DNA from: Promethearchaeati archaeon
GTDB taxonomy: Archaea; Asgardarchaeota; Heimdallarchaeia; JABLTI01
Direction: 5' to 3'
Assembly: GCA_013166835.1 (NCBI GenBank)
Contig: JABLTI010000033.1
Span: 1-49,751 of the forward strand
DNA length: 49,751 nucleotides
Below are positions 7,988-17,637 of this stretch, piece by piece (position 1 is the stretch's first letter; the number at the start of each line of letters is the position of its first letter). The position numbers and the translations under genes were made by a program. The notes beneath the pieces are model-generated. The model was given only the letters and a program-made list of their open reading frames with translations, did not search any database and was not told the DNA's origin.

Positions 7988-8914
7988 TTGAAACTTAACA
8001 TCAAAAAAATCTCATTCACACTAATTCCATTTATATTAACATTCATAATCTGTAGTTCATCCTTTACTACTAAAACACAGGCTGCATGGGGTAGCATCTC
8101 TGGTACTTCTACAGAATATTTACTTGAAAGCTCTGTCTGGATAGTGAATATTAATAATCTGGAAGCAAGTGGTGATGGAGCTCCCTTTAATGGAATTAAT
8201 ATCGATATGAATACACGATACGATGTTGATGTTTTAGATGTTGATAATGTTTGGGGAGTAGATTTTAAGGTTACAAATCATACTAATGCCAATTCAAATG
8301 GTTTTATTACAACTGACATGTTCTTCTCTCAATTCTCTAAGTTCCTTTATTATCCTGTTGAGGAGTGTAATCGCTTAGTAAATTCAGGTTTTAATAAAGA
8401 TGAAATAAATCGTGGACCACCGTTTATTCAGTGGTTTTTTGTAGAACCCGAACAAGATATTTGGGATTTCTTGGATAACCTTACAACTCTGGAATATCAT
8501 AATTCACTTCCAAATTCATTATTATTTGATGCAATTTTAGAAGCAGAATTAGAAATTGTCGATAATCAAGTAATATTTGACATGTATATGCGTGGAACAT
8601 ATGAGAATGAATCGAGTAATACTTCCATTCAATTTGATCATATGATAAAATTTGTATGGGATAAAATTACTGGTATTCTTCTTGGATATAGAATTGCTAC
8701 TTACATGTATGGACAATTCCAAGGTTATTCTATCACAGAAGATTTGCAGATAATTAATCGACAATCAGGATTCGATTTACCGAGATTTAAATTTATATCA
8801 GGTTTTATTCCTGGCTTTGAGTTTCTAATAGTGTTAATTGGTTTAGGTACGATTTTTGTTTCAAGAATATTTTATAGTAAAAAGAAACTTGTATTCGTAC
8901 CTCAACATTATTAG
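7988..8914 (+). CDS. GFIPGF-anchored surface protein, divergent paralog D
   Basis: Signal peptide, RGPP..FFVEP, FVWDKITG.LLGY, SGFIPGFEF+TM+KKK. The last ~8 aa run into degV antisense sequence. Confidence 0.8.
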   Translation: MKLNIKKISFTLIPFILTFIICSSSFTTKTQAAWGSISGTSTEYLLESSVWIVNINNLEASGDGAPFNGINIDMNTRYDVDVLDVDNVWGVDFKVTNHTNANSNGFITTDMFFSQFSKFLYYPVEECNRLVNSGFNKDEINRGPPFIQWFFVEPEQDIWDFLDNLTTLEYHNSLPNSLLFDAILEAELEIVDNQVIFDMYMRGTYENESSNTSIQFDHMIKFVWDKITGILLGYRIATYMYGQFQGYSITEDLQIINRQSGFDLPRFKFISGFIPGFEFLIVLIGLGTIFVSRIFYSKKKLVFVPQHY

Positions 8915-9677
8915 CATTGTTTTGTTCAATAATTTCCTTTAATTCTTTTGCTATCTCAATATCTCGAGTGTGCCAAATGAATAATTGATCCGATATTGTA
9001 TTTTTAGCTACAAATGGTGCCATGAATTTCAAATGTTTTATGACCTCTTCTCTACCGCGTATAGTTCCACCTGATGATACAACGCCATCTTCGAAATGTA
9101 AAATCGGTTTTATATTCAAAGCTTGGCCGAATAGTTTTTTTGCCCGACCAATTCTACCTCCTCTGTAAAGATATTCCATTGTATCTACAACTACAACAAG
9201 ATTTGTTTGTGGTATGAGATTATCCAATTTAATTAATATTTCATCTTTTGTTTTCCCATTTTTTGCCATCTTTGCTGCTTCTAAAACTAATAACCCCAAG
9301 CAAATTGCTGTTACTTTTGAATCAACTATAGTTATATCCTTATTATCCACCATTGGAAGAACACTTATTGCACTCTGAATTGTTCCAGAGAGATCTTTTG
9401 AAAGAAAAATTGCTATCACTGATTTCGCTACTTTTGATGCTGCTTCAAAAGCATCCAAAAACGATTGGGGTTTTGGAATAGCCGTTGTTGGCATAACTGT
9501 ACCTTTTTCTAATCGAAAATAGAATTCTTCTTTAGTGATTTCTCCTGAATCACCATATAGTTGAAACGCTTGGGTATCAAATAATACTTGAAAAGGAACA
9601 ATAAAAATCTTATATTTATCAATCAAATCTTTTGGTAAATCACAACTACCATCTGTTACAATTGCTACATTTTGCAT
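8805..9677 (-). CDS. DegV/FakB family fatty-acid-binding protein, apparently 3'-truncated
   Basis: IVTDGSCDLP, PTTAIP, LSGT, YLYRGGRIG, LNIKPIL. Lacks the terminal 'P....H.GP' motif; last ~25 aa are antisense of the neighbouring gene. Confidence 0.85.
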   Translation of the reverse strand: MQNVAIVTDGSCDLPKDLIDKYKIFIVPFQVLFDTQAFQLYGDSGEITKEEFYFRLEKGTVMPTTAIPKPQSFLDAFEAASKVAKSVIAIFLSKDLSGTIQSAISVLPMVDNKDITIVDSKVTAICLGLLVLEAAKMAKNGKTKDEILIKLDNLIPQTNLVVVVDTMEYLYRGGRIGRAKKLFGQALNIKPILHFEDGVVSSGGTIRGREEVIKHLKFMAPFVAKNTISDQLFIWHTRDIEIAKELKEIIEQNNANNVEVRIQVSFYYKIFLKQKSYLNQLTLLETQSQE

Positions 9678-9802
9678 TTATACATCCTCTGGAATTGCTG
9701 GAAATAGTTACAACATAGATAATCGTATTTTATAAATACGTATCAATCGAGTTTTATTAAATTTAACTCAACAAAGTTAAAATAAGGTTTTCTATAAGTT
9801 GT

Positions 9803-10702
9803 TTACCAATCAATTCCAAACTTCTTTCTAATCAATTTTAGTTTCATTTGTGCATCTTCACTTAATTCAGCTTGGGGTTTCAAGACAGTGAAACTTTTCT
9901 CAGCAGCATTAACTTTTGCGTTAATAGTTTTACTTTCAATTAACTTAGTTAATGCGAATTCTAAAGTAAAATCGTCGCAATTAAATCTAGTACAAATGCT
10001 ACCGAAAGGAATGACTTCATTATGTATTGCATATTCCAATAATTTTGGCAATTCTTCTGAAATAATCGTAATAATTTCTTTTCTTTGTTTTTCCATCTCT
10101 TTCTTCTGCATATCATCTAAAAATTGATCACGCACGACTTGAGCAGAAGAGATTTGTGATTGTTGTCTTTTATCCATTTCGTTTTGAATCAAAACATCTA
10201 TTTCTGTGATGTTCAATTGTGCACCAAGACGATTTAATGAATCCTTCGATTCTGCTTTAACAGAATCTTCAGAATCATGGACATAAGCTTTCACAAGATG
10301 TTTTATTGCTTTTTCATCACCAATTTGTGCTAAAGAATCTGCTGCAGCCATTCTTGCTTCTTTATCGGGATCTGTTTCTAATATCATAATTAATGAATTA
10401 AGAGCTTCTTTTGCTTTCAATAATCCCAGAGAATAAACAATCATCCCTCTCACAAAAGCATCTGTATCACTCAAGGCAGATATCAAGGATTGTATTGCAT
10501 TTTCATTATTTAGTTGACCTAGAGACATAGCTGCATTTGCACGCACTTTCGGTGAAATATCATTTTTAAGCACTTCAATCAAAGGATTAATTACATCTCC
10601 TTCGCCTACCCAACCAAGTGATAAGGCAGCTTGACTTCTTATTTTTTCATCTGAATCCTTTAGCTGCTTGATTGCTTCTTGGATTTCTTCCTTTTGTGAC
10701 AA
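9803..10702 (-). CDS. PBS-lyase HEAT-repeat protein with coiled coil and C-terminal PCI-like winged helix
   Basis: Several 'VR..AA.SLG' repeats; C-terminal IPFGSICTRFN...LEFALTKLIESKTINAKVN. Confidence 0.8.
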   Translation of the reverse strand: MSQKEEIQEAIKQLKDSDEKIRSQAALSLGWVGEGDVINPLIEVLKNDISPKVRANAAMSLGQLNNENAIQSLISALSDTDAFVRGMIVYSLGLLKAKEALNSLIMILETDPDKEARMAAADSLAQIGDEKAIKHLVKAYVHDSEDSVKAESKDSLNRLGAQLNITEIDVLIQNEMDKRQQSQISSAQVVRDQFLDDMQKKEMEKQRKEIITIISEELPKLLEYAIHNEVIPFGSICTRFNCDDFTLEFALTKLIESKTINAKVNAAEKSFTVLKPQAELSEDAQMKLKLIRKKFGIDW

Positions 10703-10850
10703 AAAATGCCTTCCTCATCTATTATTTTTATAATCTTATCTAAACACAACATTTACTATTGTATTATTTGGTATAAATTGACAATTAGCTCAAAAAAACC
10801 TTTCGTAATTTTTTCTATAGAACTATTAGTTATTAAGAAAAAGAAAACTA

Positions 10851-10873
10851 AAGGATCTTGATAAAAGATCCTT
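10851..10873 (-). terminator. Hairpin downstream of pckA
   Basis: AAGGATCTT-5nt-AAGATCCTT followed by T-runs on the minus strand. Confidence 0.65.
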
Positions 10874-10881
10874 ATAAAATA

Positions 10882-12528
10882 CTACTTACCAGGACAAACC
10901 TTAGCAATTCCAGGATCAACTTTCCCAGCATAAGCCTTGTCAAAATGATCGCTGAAGTCTAGAGCTAGTTTCTTTGCGCGAATATCAAATGCTTCTTTGT
11001 CTTCCCAAGTATTTTTTGGCCAGAGAACTTCATTTGGGACACCTTTGCATACTTTTGGTACATGGAGATGAAAGATTTCATCTTCTTGATACTCGACATT
11101 TTTTAATTCACCTTTAAGTGCAGCATCTACAAGTCTTCTTGTTAAGTTAATATCCATTCGTTCTCCAATTCCGTAAGGTCCACCACTCCACCCAGTATTA
11201 ACTAAATATACTTCTGTTCCATGCTTCTTCATTTTAGTGCCTAACAATTTTGCATATTCATTTGGGTTTCTTGGCATGAACGGTTCACCAAAGAATCTCG
11301 AAAAGGTTGATACTGGATCAATAATTCCTGTCTCAGTTCCAGCTAATTTGCTTGTATATCCCATTAGGAACCATAACATTGCTTGTTCTAAAGTTAATTT
11401 TGATACAGGAGGTAATATTCCATTCGCATCTGCTGTCAGGAAGAGAATTGTTTTCGGATGTTTCCCCACAGGTGGTGTTTTAATGTTAGATAAAAAGGTT
11501 AGGGGATATGAACCTCGAGAGTTTGGTGTTAGTCGATCATCAAATAAATCAAATACCCCATTTGGATACATCAAGGTATTTTCAAAAATTGCCCCATGAC
11601 TTAAGTAGTCATCATCGTGAAGCATTGCATAAAAAATTTCTGGTTCTTTATCCTGTCTTAGATTTATTAGTTTAGCATAACAACCATTTTCAAAATTAGC
11701 AATACCATTTTCACTCCATCCATGTTCATCATCGCCTAGTAAAGCTCGAGATGGATCTGCAGATAATGTTGTTTTCCCTGTCCCAGATAAACCCAATAAT
11801 AATGCAGTGTCTCCTTTTGGTCCTTCATTGGCTGAGCAATGTATAGGTAAAATACCAATCTCTGGCAGCATGTAATTCATTACTGTGAACATCAGTTTCT
11901 TTATCGAGCCACAATAAGCAGAACCTATTATTACTCCAAGTCCGCGGTCAAAATCCATAGCAACAATCATATTGCTTGTTTCGCCATTTGGTAGTTTTCT
12001 TAATTTTCCTTCGTATCTTTTTCTATCTAATTTATCGTAGGGCAAAACCACCATAGTAAAAGCATCTCCAGCAAAGAAGCTCTTTTTATCCGCATCTTTA
12101 GGAGTTGGTCTAAACATATTATATGTAAAAAGCACATGTAATGCTTTATCACTTATTGTGCGGACTTTTAGTGTATAAGAGGAATCAGCTCCAAGTGACC
12201 TATCTGAAATGTAAAGCTTTTCTTTTTCAGAAAGGAATTTTAAGGCGTCTTCCCAAGCCAAATCGAAAATTTCTTCAGATATTGATAGGCAATTTGGTGA
12301 AGTCCAATCAATATTTCCTTCACTTTCAGGTCTTCTAACGATAACAGTATCCTTCGGACTTCGACCTGTAGATTCAGGGGGTGTCCAAGTAGCTAATGCT
12401 CCATTAGCACTTTTGATTGCTTCATGATTGTCTAAAGCTTCTTGAATGAGCTTTTTTCTTTCAGGATTCACAATTTTCTTTTTATGATTACTGAGAACAG
12501 TATCAAGGTTTTCTTTCAATTTTGTCAC
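10882..12528 (-). CDS. pckA: Phosphoenolpyruvate carboxykinase (ATP)
   Basis: TGRSPKD, HCSAN, GLSGTGKTTLS, GDDEHGW, EGGCYAK-like ENGCYAK, NTGWSGG. Confidence 0.96.
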   Translation of the reverse strand: MTKLKENLDTVLSNHKKKIVNPERKKLIQEALDNHEAIKSANGALATWTPPESTGRSPKDTVIVRRPESEGNIDWTSPNCLSISEEIFDLAWEDALKFLSEKEKLYISDRSLGADSSYTLKVRTISDKALHVLFTYNMFRPTPKDADKKSFFAGDAFTMVVLPYDKLDRKRYEGKLRKLPNGETSNMIVAMDFDRGLGVIIGSAYCGSIKKLMFTVMNYMLPEIGILPIHCSANEGPKGDTALLLGLSGTGKTTLSADPSRALLGDDEHGWSENGIANFENGCYAKLINLRQDKEPEIFYAMLHDDDYLSHGAIFENTLMYPNGVFDLFDDRLTPNSRGSYPLTFLSNIKTPPVGKHPKTILFLTADANGILPPVSKLTLEQAMLWFLMGYTSKLAGTETGIIDPVSTFSRFFGEPFMPRNPNEYAKLLGTKMKKHGTEVYLVNTGWSGGPYGIGERMDINLTRRLVDAALKGELKNVEYQEDEIFHLHVPKVCKGVPNEVLWPKNTWEDKEAFDIRAKKLALDFSDHFDKAYAGKVDPGIAKVCPGK

Positions 12529-12639
12529 GTATTCTACCTTCTCTCTACATCATTTCATAATAAACTACGATATTTTATAAATTGGCAAAAGAAGACTATT
12601 CATTGTTTTTAAAGTTATTTTCTATTTAAAGAATAGAAT

Positions 12640-12918
12640 TTATTGGTTTTTTTTTTCCGATTTCTTTTTGTAAATCCTCACTATATCTATGATGATATAG
12701 ATTATTAATAGAATTATTATCAGACTTGCAAGTATAATCAATATTATTGGAACTGCATTTCCACCTTTCTCAGTAATAAATAGAATAAGATTAACTATAA
12801 AGACAATTATTAGTGAAAAAATGGTTATCAAGAGATAAGACTTAGGTTTTAACTTTCTAGTTGAGATTTTATTATTTTCTTCTGCCATTCCAAATACACT
12901 CTTTATTATAACTATCAA
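12640..12918 (-). CDS. Small two-TM membrane protein
   Basis: Two hydrophobic helices and a basic tail; probable start at MAEENN. Confidence 0.6.
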   Translation of the reverse strand: MIVIIKSVFGMAEENNKISTRKLKPKSYLLITIFSLIIVFIVNLILFITEKGGNAVPIILIILASLIIILLIIYIIIDIVRIYKKKSEKKNQ

Positions 12919-13020
12919 TTTCCATTAACTTTTTATTTGTTGGTATGCGTAAAAAATTTTTTATGGTGCTGTTTTACACAATTGAGATAATATAAGCTAT
13001 TGATTTGCTTATTATACTAA

Positions 13021-13695
13021 TTGGCAGGTTGTAAAAAATTGAGTGAAGGTGTCCAAGCCACAAGAATGAATCTTATGAAACTCCGTGAGAGAAGTAAACT
13101 TGCAGAGAAAGGTCATGATTTGCTACAAGAAAAACTTGATTCATTAGTTATACGCTTTTTTGAAGTTGTAGATACAATTCGAGGTTTAAGAGAAGAAACT
13201 GCTAACTTGACCACCAAAGCTCATCAATCACTTGTTGATGCTCAAATGGCTGTTGGACCATTGCGATTAAAAGAAATCTCTTTTGCTGCTCCTGAAATCT
13301 GGCAAATAGAAGCTTATGAAAATAATGTTGCGGGAGTTATCGTACCTAAACTCGATTTAGAAAAAACTCGAGATGAATCCGAAGCGAAATTATTTTATGG
13401 TTTTGCTAGCTCAAGCTCTGAAATCGATAAAACTGTTGAGGATTATCGGAAAGCAATAGAAAAAATTGTTGTTCTTGCGGAAACATTAGCTATGTTACAG
13501 ATATTAGGACAAGCAATAACAGAAACTAAACGTCGTGTGAATGCTTTAAGATTTATTCTTATTCCTAGATTGAAAAGCCAAATTATTTTCATTGAGACAA
13601 CACTGGAAGAAAATGAAAGAGATCAATTTGCTCAACTGAAAAAAATCAAAGAAAAACTTGAGAAAAAAGCAAGAGAAAAAATGGAAAACTCCTAG
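13021..13695 (+). CDS. atpD: A/V-type ATP synthase subunit D
   Basis: TRMNL..L, GHDLLQEKLD.L, TKRRVNAL..ILIP, LEENER; probable start TTG 13039. Confidence 0.93.
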   Translation: MAGCKKLSEGVQATRMNLMKLRERSKLAEKGHDLLQEKLDSLVIRFFEVVDTIRGLREETANLTTKAHQSLVDAQMAVGPLRLKEISFAAPEIWQIEAYENNVAGVIVPKLDLEKTRDESEAKLFYGFASSSSEIDKTVEDYRKAIEKIVVLAETLAMLQILGQAITETKRRVNALRFILIPRLKSQIIFIETTLEENERDQFAQLKKIKEKLEKKAREKMENS

Positions 13696-13735
13696 ATTAT
13701 AATCTGTTGTAAGAAGAAAAAAGAAAAAATCGATT

Positions 13736-14950
13736 CTATACAAAGAATCGTTCATTCTTTGTTGAATCTAATTTTACTTTACCCATTACTTTGTTTACTG
13801 CTTTTTTGAAATCTCCATCTGTTATGTGATCTCTAGTACCTCTTACAGCAAACATACCTGCTTCCATACAAATGTTCCTAATATCAGCACCAGATGCTCC
13901 TTCTGTCATGCCAACTAAGACATCAATATCAACTGCATCAGCAAGGGCCATTTTTCGTGTGTGAATTTTAAAGATATCTAGTCGTGCTTTACTACTTGGC
14001 ATGCCGATTTCTATTACTCTGTCAAATCTACCGGGTCTAAGTAGAGCTGGATCAAGAATATCAGGTCGATTTGTGGCTGCAACGACTCTTACATTGCCTC
14101 TGACATCAAAACCATCTAGATTACTCAAAAGCTGCATTAGTGTTCTTTGTACTTCTCTGTCACCACTTGTAGCGATGTCTAATCTTCGGGAACCAATAGC
14201 ATCTAATTCATCTATAAATAGAATTGTGGGTGATTTTTCCTCAGCAAATTCAAAAATCTCTCTAACTAATCTTGCTCCTTCTCCAATGAATTTCTGAACA
14301 AGTTCACTGCCTATGACTCGAATAAAGGTAGCATTCGTTTCATGAGCAACAGCTCTTGCCAAGAGTGTTTTTCCAGTTCCGGGAGGACCAAAAAGCATTA
14401 CACCTTTTGGTGGGGAAATGCCTACTTTTTCAAATAATTCTGGACTAGTTAATGGGAGTTCAACAGTTTCTCTTAATTCAAGGATTTGTTCTTCAAGACC
14501 ACCTACATCCTTATATGCAACTGATGGTCTATCTTCAACTTCCATAGCAGAAACCATTGGATCTTTTTGTTGAGGTAATACTTCAACAATGGCAAAATTC
14601 CTTTGATTTAAAGCAACTCTAGAATTGGGTTTTAATGTTTCTTTCTCAATTGATTTAATTACATTAACTACAAAACTTGGGCCACTTGAACTTCTAACCA
14701 CAGCTCTACCATCATCTAATGCATCAACAATAGTTCCTGTGATAAGTGGACTTCTCTTCATTTGTTCAAGATCATTTCTCATCGAAGCAATTTCTCTTTC
14801 CATACGCATGCGCTCATTTTCTATTAACTGCTTCTCAGTTTCAAGAGTTCTAATCTTTCTTTCTAAATGACGAGTATATGATAATAGATAACTTCTATCT
14901 TTTTCAGCGATGTCTTTGTCATCATCTTCTCGTTCTACTTCATGACTCAT
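13736..14950 (-). CDS. pan: Proteasome-activating nucleotidase
   Basis: N-terminal coiled coil and OB fold, GPPGTGKT, KFIGEG, FIDELD, DPALLRPGRFDR. Confidence 0.96.
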   Translation of the reverse strand: MSHEVEREDDDKDIAEKDRSYLLSYTRHLERKIRTLETEKQLIENERMRMEREIASMRNDLEQMKRSPLITGTIVDALDDGRAVVRSSSGPSFVVNVIKSIEKETLKPNSRVALNQRNFAIVEVLPQQKDPMVSAMEVEDRPSVAYKDVGGLEEQILELRETVELPLTSPELFEKVGISPPKGVMLFGPPGTGKTLLARAVAHETNATFIRVIGSELVQKFIGEGARLVREIFEFAEEKSPTILFIDELDAIGSRRLDIATSGDREVQRTLMQLLSNLDGFDVRGNVRVVAATNRPDILDPALLRPGRFDRVIEIGMPSSKARLDIFKIHTRKMALADAVDIDVLVGMTEGASGADIRNICMEAGMFAVRGTRDHITDGDFKKAVNKVMGKVKLDSTKNERFFV

Positions 14951-15064
14951 AATGCTACATATCCTCTTGTTTTAACCCTATGATGGATTGTTATTACACA
15001 CAAATAAAAATATATTTGTATTGACTAATTAAGAGGCGACTTCTATTAAAATGACTACCTTTTA

Positions 15065-15580
15065 CTACTTTAATTTCAGAGATTTTATCATTCGAATGCC
15101 ATTTTTCCCTTTCTGATAGTAGTTTGGAATAGTTACAATTCTCTTGTACTCTAATTTTTCATATAAAGCAATAGCAGCATCATTTTTGTCATGAACCATT
15201 AGTTCAATTATTATATTTTGAGAATTTTCATCAATTTTTTTTGATTTAACTAATTCATGAATTATAACTTTGATTGCCTTTTCAAGTTCAACCATTAATT
15301 CATACCCTATCCTTTTATTTCTAAAATCAGGATGGACATTTACTGTTGCTATTTCATAGTTACCGATTTTATTTAAATAAGCAATAATAAAACCAACTAA
15401 TTTGCTTACTTGTACTTCATCTTCTATGGTTGCTACGAAAAATATTTCAAAATTTCGTCTCATTAAAAATAAGTAAAAGAAATTCTTATCGAATTGCTCA
15501 AGTTTATCAAAGCATAATTTCTCTATCTCAAAAACAGCATCAATATCATAAGCAGTTGCAAGACGAATTTTAGGTTTCAT
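15065..15580 (-). CDS. RimI/Ard1-like GNAT N-acetyltransferase
   Basis: IEKLCF, VHPDFRNKRIG, N.AAIALYEK, PNYY. Confidence 0.85.
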   Translation of the reverse strand: MKPKIRLATAYDIDAVFEIEKLCFDKLEQFDKNFFYLFLMRRNFEIFFVATIEDEVQVSKLVGFIIAYLNKIGNYEIATVNVHPDFRNKRIGYELMVELEKAIKVIIHELVKSKKIDENSQNIIIELMVHDKNDAAIALYEKLEYKRIVTIPNYYQKGKNGIRMIKSLKLK

Positions 15581-15670
15581 TAGTTATAGATTACTGCTAC
15601 TTAAATTTTAGTTTAGCGTTTGTACTAGAAAATCTGTTTTTCCATATGATTACCAATTTCCTAATAAAAA

Positions 15671-15685
15671 CGAAAGCTTTTTGAT
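15671..15685 (+). promoter_or_regulatory. Putative BRE/TATA for a leaderless transcript
   Basis: CGAAAGCTTTTTGAT about 25 nt before ATG 15709; no SD. Confidence 0.45.
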
Positions 15686-15708
15686 TCAACTAATAATCTT
15701 CTATAAAC

Positions 15709-17034
15709 ATGACTGAAACAGAACCAAGAACAAGACTTTCCTTTAGAGAAATCGATAGGAACTACTACATTGCATTTACTTCGGGCTTATTTGTTCTTTT
15801 ACTTACTATAATTCTCATAGCAGTTCTAACGAATGATAAATGGTTAGAGGTTGTTTTCTATCCGCTAATAATCTATTTCATTTTCCAACAAGTTCTTAGC
15901 GGTTTTGGTTTCATAACAGGATATATTCCTATTGCTCAAAAGATAATAAATTGGTTACAAAGAACAGCAAAGAAGAAATCTTACAGTGAAAAAGATATCA
16001 ATAAATTTGATAAGCAATTAGATGAGCTTGAACGAAAAGAAAAAAGAGAACAAAATAGAATCAAATCTATTGAAAAAGAAATTTTAAAGAAAGAAGCAAT
16101 GATTAAAGAGAAGAGAGAATCTGGTTCTTGGTCTGACAGAAAAATAAGAAGAGAAGAAGAGAGAATAGAAAAACAAATTAGAGAATTAAAACAAGAAGGA
16201 ATAAATGTTGATGATCATTACTCAAAAGAAAAACAAGAAATAAAGGATAAGAAGAGTGAAATTCGAGGAAAATTCGGAGAGAAAATGGTTCAAAAACAAG
16301 AAGAATTAGATCCTAAACGTTTCAAGCTAATTATGCTTGTTCCAATATATTTTATGATGATTTTAGGAATTATCCTTTCTTTGATATCAATAGTAAGAGC
16401 ATTTATAGTTTGGCCTGGAAATGCTACACCTGCTAGTGAATTTTTACAAACAGTTGTGAATTTTTTAGGAATTCTGGATCTTATAAATGAATACTATAAA
16501 GGAATAATTGCAGCAGTTTTTATTATAACCTTCTTTATTATTCCAGCTTGGAGATTATTTAAAAATCCTGAGAGGGATATTGCTCCTAAAATTCTTACTG
16601 GACGAAAGAGAAGAGTTTCTGATTGGTGGAAGCGTAGAATTAAGAAAGACCATCGAACACTTCTAGTTAGACAATTTGAAGATATTAGAAGATATTATTA
16701 TGACATAAAGCAGATCATAGGAAGAAGTTTACTCATCCCAATTGGCCTTTCACAGTTAATAGTTGCGCCTATTGGAGGATTATCTATAATTCTAGGAATA
16801 AAATCAGGAGTCAAAAGAGAAAGATTAGAGAAATACGAGAATTTACTGCTCATTATTGTTGCATGTGCTTTAATGGGAATACTTGTAGCAGCTTACCTTT
16901 TCTTCTATGCAAAAGAAGTTAAAACCATTCATTCAATTATCGTTATTCTTATGAAACTACTCTACATTGCATTTCTTATTTACTCATTCAGAATATTTAC
17001 CCGTTCACCACTTGCTGATGTAGAAGAATTATAA
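15709..17034 (+). CDS. Multi-pass membrane protein with large charged coiled-coil loop
   Basis: 2 TMs, about 120 aa of K/E/R heptad-like sequence, then about 5 TMs. Confidence 0.75.
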   Translation: MTETEPRTRLSFREIDRNYYIAFTSGLFVLLLTIILIAVLTNDKWLEVVFYPLIIYFIFQQVLSGFGFITGYIPIAQKIINWLQRTAKKKSYSEKDINKFDKQLDELERKEKREQNRIKSIEKEILKKEAMIKEKRESGSWSDRKIRREEERIEKQIRELKQEGINVDDHYSKEKQEIKDKKSEIRGKFGEKMVQKQEELDPKRFKLIMLVPIYFMMILGIILSLISIVRAFIVWPGNATPASEFLQTVVNFLGILDLINEYYKGIIAAVFIITFFIIPAWRLFKNPERDIAPKILTGRKRRVSDWWKRRIKKDHRTLLVRQFEDIRRYYYDIKQIIGRSLLIPIGLSQLIVAPIGGLSIILGIKSGVKRERLEKYENLLLIIVACALMGILVAAYLFFYAKEVKTIHSIIVILMKLLYIAFLIYSFRIFTRSPLADVEEL

Positions 17035-17046
17035 CTTTCAACTCTA

Positions 17047-17616
17047 TTAAGGGGCGTTCTTTACTAGCCAAAGTGACATTTTTTCAAGTGCCCTACGAAA
17101 AGCAGAATCAACATTTTTTCTTTCTCGACCTATTTCTGCCCATGTTCGCTTCTCTCCCTTTGGGATAAAAATGCGATCAAAGTGCCAACCGTCTCCTCTA
17201 GGTTCCATGGAAATTGTTCCTTTATCCCTTTCCACAAAAATAATTGGATTTTTTTCATGATCACAATAACCAATAGCAGCAACAAAATGAGCATTTCGAT
17301 TTTCAACATTCTCGAGTAGTTTTGTAATCCCTTCTTGACCTATTGTTTCATTGACGAATTTCACTAATGCCCCTGGAAAATTCTTCAAAGATTCAATTTC
17401 TAAACCACTATCAGAAACAGCAATTGGAGTACCAACTTTCTCGTAAGCTTGTTTTACTTTGAAAGCTACAACTTCTGCTACCGAAAGTGATTGGATTTCA
17501 GTTAAATCAAGGTCAGATGTGAATTGAATATCAAACTTGTCTCCTAACATTTTTTTGATATCATATTTTTTTTCTTTGTTTTTTGTGACAAAGGTTATGG
17601 TCTTTTTTTCGGGCAT
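17047..17616 (-). CDS. rdgB: Non-canonical purine NTP pyrophosphatase (Ham1/ITPase)
   Basis: FVTKN..K, EIQ, DSGL.I.SL..FPG, FD.IFIP, TWAE; the usual terminal SHR reads SAFRR. Confidence 0.85.
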   Translation of the reverse strand: MPEKKTITFVTKNKEKKYDIKKMLGDKFDIQFTSDLDLTEIQSLSVAEVVAFKVKQAYEKVGTPIAVSDSGLEIESLKNFPGALVKFVNETIGQEGITKLLENVENRNAHFVAAIGYCDHEKNPIIFVERDKGTISMEPRGDGWHFDRIFIPKGEKRTWAEIGRERKNVDSAFRRALEKMSLWLVKNAP

Positions 17617-17637
17617 AGTTACACCTTATTCCGAATC

